Below are positions 52,620 through 64,000 of a stretch of DNA of 64,000 nt, in pieces. The translations under genes were made by a program, and so were the position numbers. The stretch comes from the human T2T-CHM13v2.0 reference genome, Homo sapiens. The stretch's first letter is position 1; every line of letters starts with the position of its first letter. The notes under the pieces were generated by a model. That model was not told the DNA's origin. It saw only the letters and a list, made by a program, of their open reading frames with translations, and made no database searches. The stretch lies in assembly GCF_009914755.1 (NCBI RefSeq), contig NC_060926.1; one strand, given 5' to 3'.

Positions 52620-53500
52620 TCATCCTATACCTGTAATGTATTACATCTTTAAAGAAAGCCGGATATTTTTCTGCCTAGTAATTGTCAACCTTATTCTGCT
52701 ATTAACCAGTTTTTCTTTTGTCTGTTCACATCATACCATACTCAAAGTGTTTCCTGTTTTATTACACAAATTTCATTCTTTCTCAGTGTTAAATATGTGT
52801 GCTTTTGCTATAGTTGCCAAAACCAGGCATGTGCTAGTATCATATCTCTCTTTCTAGTAGATAGTTCTTTAAATGTAGAGAACTATTCATGTTCAGCTTC
52901 ACAGAGACTCTAACAAGGGTCTATTCTGCTTTCTGAACCTTTCTGGGTTGTAACAATGTGTGCCATATGGCCTCAACAAACACTCCTTTGCAATGCCTAA
53001 TTTTTTTGCAGCCAGCTTTCCCTCTTGAATGTATGTACTCGATGTGATTTTGCATATGCTTCTTTTATATAATGATCCAGATTCTTTGCTCTTCTGTTAT
53101 ATTATTTCACCATTGCTTCAAGGTCTTTAGCTTAAGCAAAAGATGACAGTGTCATCTACATATTTGAGGGGTCTCCAGTCCTTGAGTCCTTCTCTTTATC
53201 TGTAGAAACCTTGAAAGTTTTCTCAAGGCAGGAGGTGAAGAGTCTTAGTGAGATACCATCTATTAATTCTACACTACAAACTAACCTTTACCACCCAATT
53301 TTCGAGTTAAATGTAAGTGTATCATTTGTGAAGATATGTTTGGGGCACTTACCATGTGGATCTTCTATTGCTTCTTTTGTTCTTTCAACAAAGCATCAGT
53401 TTCCATTAAGTCAAAATTCTTTTCAAGTCCCACAAAAGCCATACAAAACAACTTGTTTATTGTCTATTGTTCAGCCTGCTCTGCAGTTTGAAAGCAAATA
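52620..53500 (-). mobile_element. Fossil RTE-clade LINE (L4/L5/MamRTE-like) reverse-transcriptase remnant
   Basis: Minus-strand translation gives RT motifs in order: LFCMAFVGLEKNFDLME (~53401-53451), DGISLRLFTSCLEKTF (~53213-53260), KYVDDTVI (~53142-53165). Confidence 0.75.
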
Positions 53501-54065
53501 AAAAATAATGCCCACTTTAACTACCCATACATGGTGGGTTATATCAGTTGTTACATGCTTGTTTATTGTCTATAAAAAGGTGTCTCTCTAATTGAACTTC
53601 TGGACCACCGATAATATTAATCAAATGATTAATTAAGAAGCAGCAATCTTGAAGGAATAAACGTCAGCTAAGGAAATGGCCACGCTTTCAAATTGATTCA
53701 GCCAACACTGTCACCCCATTCAAAGTGCAAGCAGAAGAAAATAAAAAATAATAAACAGAAGCTATGTAAACGTCAGGATCACAAAACATCCCCACAAAAT
53801 GCAGATAAAACTCGTGTCCAGGTGGACTCTGTGTACACACAGTCTCACACATTTGTTAGTTTCTCTCTGGGTCAGAGGATATGTGCAGAGATGCCTTTGC
53901 TGTACCTTTTTGTTCCTTCCTCCCTTCCAACCCCTTTCTCTCTGCTTTCCTGCCTTCTTTCTTCTTAAAAAGGGTTATTTATAAAATGGGATTCTATGAT
54001 GAAGATCTGTATATGGGTGGTTCAAAATGGAATAATAATGAGAGAGGCTGAAGTGCTGTAGAATG

Positions 54066-54582
54066 CCTTATTTGTTATCTATGGCTGAGGAGCACATTAC
54101 TCCCAAACCGCAGCTTCAAACAGCAAATATTTACGACCTCACAGTTTCTAGGGGTCACGAATATGGGTCCAGCTTAGCTGGGAGCTCCTGACTCAGTTCT
54201 CTCATGAGATGGTAGTCATGTTGTTGGCTGGGGCCTCACCTGAGGCTCGCTGGGGCAGGAGGCACAATCCACTTTCTCCACTTTCACATGTCTTCACCTG
54301 GTTGTTGGCAGCTTTTGCTTTTTCACCAGGTGGGCCTCTCCACAGGGCTGTCTCATGATGTGGCAGCTGATGTCCCCTGGGGTGAGTGTTCCAAGAAACA
54401 GTATGAGAGAGAACCCAAAATGGAAGTCACATATCTCAGAAATGACACTTTTTCACATTTGCCATATTCTATTCATTAAAAGTGACTCAATCAATTTGAC
54501 CATATTCAAGGAGAGGGTTGCACAAGGGCATGAATATCAGGAGGTAGGGATTAGATAGAGTCATTTTAGAGGCTGCTACCAA
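54066..54582 (-). mobile_element. MLT1 (MLT1F-like) solo LTR
   Basis: 'ctcacagtttctaggggtcacgaatatgggtccagcttagctggg', 'gtgggcctctccacagggctg', 'cattttagaggctgctacca'. Confidence 0.8.
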
Positions 54583-54982
54583 ATGTCCAAAGGCTTCTGC
54601 CTCCTCCTCTCTTCTTCCCCTTCAAATAGAATGTAAATTTATATATTTCCTGCAGTTAAATGCAGAAGCAATCATTTGCTCTTGTTTTGACATATTTATT
54701 AATATAGTGACTTTCATGGGGAGATGCCCTTTTCTTCCTAATCCCTACCCCTCTTCATCTCTTCTTATTGAAATACTACCTACCCATCAGTTTGGCTTAT
54801 CTAATATACTTCTGTTATTTATTGATCGGTATATTCCTAGTGTCTAGCATAGTGTCTTCTGACACCCAACTGATACTCAATAATATTTGTTAAATAAACA
54901 AAATATGCCAACTCCCTTGAGTCATTATCAACAACCTCTTCCAGTCATGGGCTCTCCTTCCCATAAATCTCCTTGCATTTAG

Positions 54983-55170
54983 AGAGGCAGTATGGTTAAA
55001 TGCCCAGTCTCTAGAGACAGAAATACTAACTTCCTTTCCTAATAGTGTCCTTTGGGAAGCTACCTAAATTTTCTGTGCCTCAGTCTTCACTGTAAGTGGT
55101 GGTAGGATTGTTCTAAGAGGAAGAGTAACACATATAAAGCTTAGTGTATTTCCACATGGCTGACACTTAT
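54983..55170 (+). mobile_element. MIR SINE
   Basis: 'gaggcagtatggttaa', 'ctgtgcctcagtcttc', 'catataaagcttag'. Confidence 0.55.
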
Positions 55171-58100
55171 TATTTACTATATTACCTCTCATTATATGGG
55201 TATTTCTCATCATTACTCAATTATTTTCAATGTACTTCTCTTATGAAATCTTGCATTATTGTGGTTTATACATCATTTTATCCCAACAAATAGAATATGT
55301 CAGAACTATTACAGTGAAATTGCTCATCCATCTCCCTTTTCTACACTGCAAAACTGAGACATGTCTGATTTGTCTTGGTCTCCCCAGTGCAGGACTGACA
55401 CACAATTACTTTTTAACATACATTTTTGTACTTCAGACAAATTATGAGTAGAAATGGTGGCTTGTAATATAATTTTTTTTGTAAAACCCTTAAGACTGTT
55501 GTAGTGCAGTGCCTTTTGTAAAGATGCTTGATATTATTTTTTTGAAGTTTTTGGAATTAAGTTGAAATCTTGTCCCTTTACTTCTTCCTAACCCTAATTT
55601 TCCTTTCCTGCACTCATAATGGATTAACACAGTAAATCCAGACCTGCCATATATTATTTTAAGCTGCCATGAATACTTTTTAAACCAAGGTAGGGTATGC
55701 CTAAATAAATGAAACTAATTCATCATGTATATCTTTGATTTCAATTCCTTATTTACCTTGGAACATTTCCTTTTCCCCCATAATCTCAAGAACACATCAT
55801 TAGGATTATTTTTCACTATTTTATTAACCCCAAATACTTAATTATAGTTATTTTAATTATAGTTATAGTTAACTTAATTATAGTTATAGATAATGGTTGA
55901 ATATTAGTGAGTATGGTGATAAACTATGGAAATGCTGCTCCAAACAGATACAAACAAGGGTAAGAATGTATGGTGTATTAATATTTTCCATAAGAGGTTT
56001 CTCTGAATCTATTTTTTCATGCAAAAATTATGTTGAAACTATACTGGGAGAACGAGAGCCTCCAGGGGCTCGTAGATGATGTTAGTCTTGATTATGCATA
56101 TAATAAGCTAAAACTTTAGAGAATTCAAAAATATAACCAGGATAAAACAAGAAAACATTCAACTATTTCCAGTGTTTTAAAATGAAAAGAGAAAATGGCG
56201 GCTAAATAAAAACTAAACTATTCATTTTATTATAAGTACAAGCTACAGAGCCTGGTTAGATGCTGCATTTAGAAATTGTTTAGAAGTTGAATTCATTAAA
56301 ATATTTCATAGTGCAAAGTTAGTATTGCTTCAAAAGGGAGTTCCAATGAAAATTCAAACAAGAGACATGCCTAGGTGTTCAAGAATGTGGGACCAAGTTT
56401 TAAAATAACTTATTTTACTAAAATGTAAAGTATAAATTTCTCATTTGGAGTCAGTTTCTACCAGCTGTCTTGTAAGTATTTATGATTATAGCATAAAGAA
56501 AGCTAGAAATGAATAAAGTAGCATGATTCACTTTCTATATCTCAAAGATTATAGACTTCCATTTGAGGTTTGTATTAGAGACACATTTTACTTTTGATCG
56601 TTGTGAACATGTGCAGACTTACAATTAAAATTTTGAAAAATGTTGGTGATATGTGAAAGTGGGAAAAATGGTACAATGATGCCTGCTTTTTTAGCGCTAG
56701 GAAAACCATATCCTTAACTGTTCTAATTTATACAAAGAGAGTCTGAAATCTCCCATCAGAGTCATTCCAAGACTATTTTGAGTCAGTGTAGTTAGTATTG
56801 TCCAAGTGTTCCAATATCCTTGAGTCAAATTGACATTATTGGATCCCAAAGCAGCTAAAGAAAAGGACATGTAAAACCTTACCAAAAAAGTGAGTATAGG
56901 AAATTGATGCTAAATAAAACTTACAATAAATTAATTACCAATATAGAAAGATAAGAGAAAAAAATATTTATGTGAAGCTTCTATAGTTTGGTCCTAAGCT
57001 ATAACATCAACTGAGGGAAGTGTGTTTACAGTCTTTTACTCAGCAATTTAAAAACTGCAGCTTCTTAATTCTGCCTGTCCAAGTTTCACTGTGGTACCAC
57101 AATATGCTTTTCCTATCAAATCGTATTCACACTATGCCCTATTTCCTTAGGGATCATCACAGCATTAGGTGAGAAATTATGAAAAGGGATCAATTAATTC
57201 CACAATGTTAGCACCTTCAGGAAATTAAAATACTTATCCATTAAAAGGATACTTTAGAAATGATGTTTATGCTGGAAATTCCTGACCCTGTAACAAGATC
57301 GAGGGAATCTTTCTTTACTTTTCTGGAAATTGAGCCTGAGCTACTGAAGGCTTCCCTGTCTTACAGCACTATTGAGGGAGAGGGTCAGAAATGAAAAAAT
57401 ATTGGTTTTTAGAAAAATGCAGTATTTTGAATGCTTACAAGAGAATTTTAAGTTTCTTGTTGTTTTTGGGAGTTAGGATGTTAGTGACATGAATAAAACA
57501 CTATTCCTTTTATTCAGTAGTTTTGACTTCATGTAATTTAGTATAATCACTATTAGATAATCCAACATCATGTACTGGACTATCTTAAATGGAATGATAT
57601 ATGAAGTATAATCAAAATTATGCTTGAAAATACAATATGGGCTCTAAACTTGCTTCATTCTGCATTGCTTCTAGTTTGAATTTAATTTTTGAGTGTAATA
57701 ATCCAATATTTGGATTGTCCTAAGTATGCACAGTCAGAAAGGGTGATATTTTTAAAGAGAAATAGTTTTCATCAAGTCCTCAGGCTTATATTAGGAATGT
57801 TAAGAAACATAAAAGATATTGTGAGTTGCAAATTGACAGTCTAATTAATAGGGTCTTTCCTGCCAGCTGATGTTAAATTCTAGGCACTAGAATTTTTCTT
57901 TGCTTCTATTTGGCTTTTGGTTAAAAGCTGGAACCAAGATGGTGTAGAAACACCAGTTTTTCCTGATCTCTTGTTTCAGTTATTGTAGAAATAGCAAAAT
58001 ATTTTAAAAGTTATAACATTTCATGTATTAGATATTTTAAGTATCAGATATAGATCAAACTATTTGTGGGGGAATGATTTGCACTCATTTAAAATTTCAC

Positions 58101-58399
58101 CCCAGCGAGCCCAGAGGGGTGATGCCCAACATTCCTCTGCCTGTAGTTGCTGCCTAAGTGACACTTCTGAAGCAACACTTCGGGGAGCCGACGGCTGCTC
58201 GCAGCTGTTCCCTTTCACTCTTACTGGCTCCCAGATGCCATTGCAAAAAGAAATAACCTCAGTTCGGATTAATTTATGTTTTGATCAGAATCTCAATTTG
58301 GCCCCTGAGATACAAGAATTTCCAAGTTATTGGTTGAAGCTGGGCATCACAGAGTTTTCCACTTCTGTGAGGAGAACAGGGAGGTAATGGGAAAGTGCG

Positions 58400-58590
58400 T
58401 GGAGTTTGTAGCCACGGGCTTGGATCACTAACTGTAAACAGGTTAACCACTTGGAGCTTCAGTGTTTTCATCTGTAAAATGGAAATTTGAGATAATAATA
58501 TGCTCCTCATAGGGTTGCAGAGAGGAGTAAATTAGGTGATAGATGAAAAATACCTAGTCCAGGCTTAGTTCATTGTAGGCATTCAATACT
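58400..58590 (+). mobile_element. MIR SINE
   Basis: 'gcttcagtgttttcatctgtaaaatgg...ctcatagggttg...attaggtgat'. Confidence 0.65.
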
Positions 58591-58849
58591 CTTTTATTCT
58601 TCATTTCCTCTAAGATCTCTTGAGAATCAGTTTAATTCACTGTGGGAGCCCTTGGTTTGGTATCCTTTTCTCCTGCATCTTTGTGCCTTTCTTCCCAGGT
58701 AGTAATATAAATGGCACTCTAAACATTTAGTAAATTCGAGTAAACTGACACTAATCCTGAAACAAAATCTGGGCTTTCTGGAAAATACAACTTTTTTTTT
58801 TTTTTCCTGACTCTAAAATAAATTCATGTTGGGTATAAAAATTTTTAAA

Positions 58850-59560
58850 TTCAAAAAGTTATACAAACTGAAATAAAAAGTACAGTACTTATAATTTCCC
58901 TACCCCAAATTAACAACTGATAATATTTTGGTAGTTTTCCTTCATATCTGTATTTTGATGTCTGTATATATATAAATATATATGTGTAAATCAAATCTCT
59001 CTTTACAGGCATGTATTCACATATATGTATGTAAGTGTGTATATATATGTGAATATATATACATATATAGGTTTGTATATGTATACATATATAGGTTTGT
59101 GTATACATATACAAAACAAGGGTTGAGTATATATTGTCCTGTTTCATAGCTTTTTAATTTAATATTCTATTGTGACCATTTCCTGTGTCATTAAATATTC
59201 TTCAGAGTAGATTTTTTACTGGGTGATAATATTGCATCATATGGCTGGGCTATCATTTATTTGCTTTTTTTCGTATTAGTGCCATTTAGGTTAATTCCAG
59301 TATTTTGTGCTATTAGTAGTAATGGTATACTAAGCATCTTTTCATGTAAATCCTCATGTATCATTCTTATATCTTCTTAAAGAAAATTCTAAAAGTAGGA
59401 TTGTTGGGTCAGAAGAAATGGACAATTTAAGGCTGTAAAACATATTGACAATTTGCCTCTAAGAAGCAAAGATTGTGTAATATTAACTTACATTATCATC
59501 AACAGAGTATGAGAGTGCCTAGTTTCCTAAAATGCTCATTGACACAGGATATTTTAAATA
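58850..59560 (-). mobile_element. Old L1M 3' fragment with embedded (TA/TG)-rich simple repeat (~58960-59110)
   Basis: 'aatattgcatcatatggc...catttaggttaattccagt...aagtaggattgttgggtcagaag...caacagagtatgagagtgcc'. Confidence 0.65.
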
Positions 59561-60074
59561 AATATTGAAAATGTGATGGCGACAATGGGGGAGGTATAAT
59601 TTTTTTTAGGTGAAAAAGTGGTATGTTGTTAGCATACATGAGAGATGTTGATTTGTGAATTCACAATTAGTTTGGAAAAGATGTTTAATTTTATTATACT
59701 TAGGTTCTTTTTATTATATTATATCCTTAGATTTCTAGGAGTAAATAGATACTGAGTTTTACTAAGTATTTGTTCAACCTCTATTAAGATGTTTTGTCTC
59801 CCTTTACTTCTTAAAATATATGTTAATATTTCCTTACAATTAGTTTATGTCTATTGAAACTGTAGTGCAGAAGCTGTAAGTTCCTTAAGGGTCTTGCACA
59901 GTTGGGTTCTTATCAAATGGAGTTTCTACTTATCAAATTTAAGCTTCATTCTCTGAATATTCAAATACATTTTTCAACTGCCTTCAGAGGAGAAACTGAG
60001 ACTGTGAAAGGATGATGATACAACTGAAAATCTAATTCTAATCTTTTGAAATATAAAATTGTGATTCAAAGAGC

Positions 60075-60250
60075 AGTGGTCCAGTGGTTATAAATATAGG
60101 CCATGTTATAATACCAGGAAGACATGAAAACATACCCGAGGTTGGCCCCACCCCACATTAGCTGAGAATGTACAGTAGGGCTGAGATGTTGGTAGTGTTT
60201 TCAAAGCCTCCCGGCTGATTCCAATGAACAATGAGGGTTAAAAAACTATT
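60075..60250. mobile_element. MER5A-like hAT fragment
   Basis: 'cagtggttataaa', 'ggccccacccc', 'ttttcaaagcctcccggctgattccaatgaaca'. Confidence 0.55.
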
Positions 60251-62769
60251 AAGGAAATTGGATGCAGGTTCAATCTCTAAATCTGCCCCTACTCAGCTGT
60301 AGCATCTTAGACAAATAGCCTATAATGCTTGGGCCTTCAGAGAAGTAAGCGGGGTAACTAGCTGTTGAAATTTAAGCTCTCTACCTGTTGTAGAGTAAGC
60401 CAAAGCTTCTACGATGCATGAACGTCCCCAGCCTGATGGTATTAGGAAGAAATGTTAACATCACAGGTACATGTCGATATATTTGATAGAGCATGTAAGT
60501 GTGGTTTATATACAGAATATATCATTTGAAATTAAAATAGAGGAAGTTTTAAGTGATTTCACTTCAGGGTCCTTGCTAAAGGCCGGGTAACGCTGCCAGT
60601 TCTTCTGTGAGAATTACAGATTAGCAAAGTGAGAATTGTAGCAGTTTGGCTGTAAAGATATTAAAAAGTCTAGTAAGTTTAAGTTATTTTCACTCCAGGA
60701 AAACTATAATCATTTGAAAGACCGAAGAACAAGAATGAAATTTAAAATAAGATTACATATTCACAAAGCACTGTGTTGCTTTGTAGAGAGACATTGATGA
60801 TTTTTTACCTGCATTTTCATTGTACTAACGGGCTAATATCTTCATATTAAGAACAACTTGCAGTAGCTACTGTGAATACTTTAAACCTGTAAGATTAAAA
60901 ACATTTGCTTGACTGACATTTTTGTTATTGTAAGGAAATCATCTCATTTCATGCTAAGGGTAACTTCTGCTATATTGAAATGTAAATATATTACTGGACA
61001 TAAATGTTCAAATGTCACTGAGCATCCTCTCTGTTTAGCTCTCAAGATAGGAGCAAATACAATTACTCTTAATTGTTTGCATAGAAATTCTAGAATTGAA
61101 AGTTTGCTGACCAAACTACTCAAAAGGAAACACACTGTAACATAGCATTTCTAAGTGGAGCCTTAACAAAAAATACTAGCAGTTAAAAAGTGTCTGTGTG
61201 TCTGAATTTATAAGTGTGGATTTGAGTTGATGTGAATTTCCATGGCCTTATTAATCTTTGTAGATGTGCATCGTTATTAACTTTTTATGCAACAACTGTT
61301 CCTGTGTTGAGTGCAAACAATGTAAGAGGTGGAGACACCATACATGGCAGGCACGGATTTCTTGATCCCACTCTTAAAGGGACGCTTGTGGGGAAAGTAG
61401 CATAAAAGATAGAAGAACCCAGCTTCCTCATGAAATTTAAATTGTATACATTCGTAAGCTAAAATTACTGCTTTTAGCTCTCCTGTTTTACCGGTGCATT
61501 TTCTAAACTAGGGCAAGTAAAAACTAAAATTCATAATTTATAAACAATGTGGAAAAATTAGTGAATTATTTACAACACTTTTGAAAAATGTGTTCATATG
61601 TTATACAAAAATTAGCTACTCTGTTAATCACAGTGGTGCCACAAATATGCTGGAAATTAGGACTTCCAATGTAAGTTTGGAATAAATACTCCTGTAACTC
61701 AATCTGTGATTGGAAAACCAAACCGATCCTGAATGGTCTATTTAAACAAGTGCCAATTATTGAATAATTCTCTGACCTACACAGAAAGTTATTGTATATG
61801 GAAAGATTTTTTTCCTTAGAGTGCTTTATTCCAGATGCCCTTTTAAATTGTTTTTAATTCTCTGTGGGCAGTAGATAACTAAACCTACAGAATGTAGTAA
61901 TGGCAAGGAGGAAACAATCACGTTGGCCACTTCTGGTTAAGAGTCATAGAAAAGGCATCTGTTATATATGAATTGCAGACTAGAAGGACTTTGACAGTTC
62001 ATAGACCAGACCTAATTTATTAAACTAAGTTTCTAATATAAACAGTAATTTGTTTCAGGCACTGACACTGCAGGTCTGGATTATGTGAACCAGATATAAA
62101 GAACTGTATTTCCTTTTTGGAAAGTGTAGGTCTTTCGAACACTGAAAGAAAATAATCTAATATGTCATAATTGTAAATATGATGAAGATGGCCCGCCTTC
62201 CTGAGCATGGGCTGATTCACACTCTGCATTTTAAATTTTCCAGAAGTTATTTTAAAAGTACTGAGGCATGGCTTATGAACTTCAAAGCACACCTGTGCAT
62301 AATCCAAATGGATGAGAAAATGGTGAGGCTACTCGAAGAGGTTCAAGCTTTCAAGCACTTTAATCTGAGGTATATTTTAGTTTAAGTCATTGGTGAAAAC
62401 ATTCTCACTATAAAATCAACTGTTTGATTAGAACAATATGAAGATTCCATTACTCTGTTGCATTATATTATAGACAAAGTTTGATGGAACAGGAATCTGG
62501 TATTTACATATTAAAATACTCTGGACATTTGAAAAGGAATATGTACTAAATGTAGGTTCATTTCGAGACTTTTTAAGGTGTGTTTTAATTAGGCCGAGTA
62601 AAATGTAGTTAGATTTTTAAGTGGATATATACTTTGTTGTTTGTGAAACACTAACATGTATTCTCACATACACCTAGTACCCATTCTTAAATTATTTATA
62701 TGCTGCAAATTCCTACGTAAAGCAAGAAAGAATCTACAAGTTCTTACTTTGTTGTTGTTCTGAAGAGAG

Positions 62770-63160
62770 GTATATTAGTTAGGATGATTTTGGCCACACA
62801 TAACTCGTTCTAAAATGTGGTAAAGCATAAAGGGCATTTTATTATCCTACATAACAAGAAGTAAAGTGGATGGCAGGCACCTCCTTGACTGGTTGATCCA
62901 ATGTCTCAATGCTTAATTCACTGGCTTTCTCCTTGAGTCCTCACTCAACATTATCCAAACGCATGACAGGGAGAGGTTCTGCCATGTATCACTCTGCAAA
63001 GAAGAAGAAAACTTTCCCTGAAATCTTAGATGAAGTTTATCAAATATACCTTTATGACTCATTGGTCAGCAGTTGGGAAATGTAGCTATACCTATGTTGA
63101 CTATAGCCAGGAGAATGGAATTCCTTGATGGGTTTAAACTAAAGAACATACCACCTTCCA
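62770..63160 (-). mobile_element. Old MLT1 (J/K-like) LTR
   Basis: 'tattagttagg', 'tttattatcctacataacaagaagt', 'ctcattggtcag'. Confidence 0.5.
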
Positions 63161-63166
63161 CCATGA

Positions 63167-63484
<318 letters not shown>

Positions 63485-64000
63485 GCTTTCTGATATCTAA
63501 ACAAAGTCAGAGTACATTTAGCAAGGAAAAAGTGGGAAATTACCATTTGGTAGGCAACCAGCAATGTCTGCCAAAGGTAGGAATAAGAAATAGTATTAAT
63601 CTATTAGTAACACCTGAACAATAGATGTTAAGCATACAAGGAAAATCTACACAATATTATGTTATTACCCAGACAAGTCGGCTTTATCTTTCCATGACAC
63701 ATCTTATATAATGTAAATAAAAATATTTATAGCATAATAAATTTATGATAAGGTAAAATCCAATAGAAGCTGTGAAATAAAAGTAGACTGAAACATTTAG
63801 ATTATTTTTGTTGAGCTGACTATGCTGGTTAGTCACAAATAGGGTTAGTTTTCTCAAGCCATTTTGGCTTATGCAACTCTGATTTGACAAGTTATTGACT
63901 AAATACATCCAGTCAATGGATTGTTTTCATGTTTCAGAGAGACAATCTGAATTGTCCTCCTACCTACTCATCAAAGGCAATGTTACCTTGGTGTGGAGAA

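Noticed and set aside
55838-55890. taattatagtta low-complexity repeats
   Set aside because: Ordinary slippage-derived AT-rich repeat
58108-58126. CTCF-like cccagaggggtg
   Set aside because: Lacks the GGC core positions of the motif

Overview
AT-rich primate (human-like) nuclear DNA, judged from AluJ/S/Y, FLAM, MIR, L2, L1M, MER20/MER5 and MLT1 elements. It looks like the intron of a very large gene or a lncRNA-bearing gene desert. I recognise no protein-coding exon, RNA gene or CpG-island promoter and cannot name the locus; the ORF track is essentially Alu/L2-derived or chance ORFs. Items worth follow-up: (1) a 150-bp, ~95%-identical inverted duplication (19778-19927 / 20319-20468) not recognisable as a TE, with a nested hairpin and direct-repeat scars; (2) a frame-preserving pair of + strand microexon candidates (7197-7225, 7323-7347), the second donor overlapped by a perfect 12-bp hairpin; (3) a 38-bp poly(A)-tailed orphan insertion with a 15-bp TSD (25668-25735); (4) a fossil RTE-clade reverse transcriptase (~52.6-53.5 kb, minus); (5) several exon-like splice-signal pairs and enhancer-like motif clusters. 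Repeat subfamily names and boundaries are by eye and approximate. Nothing here proves a new biological system.
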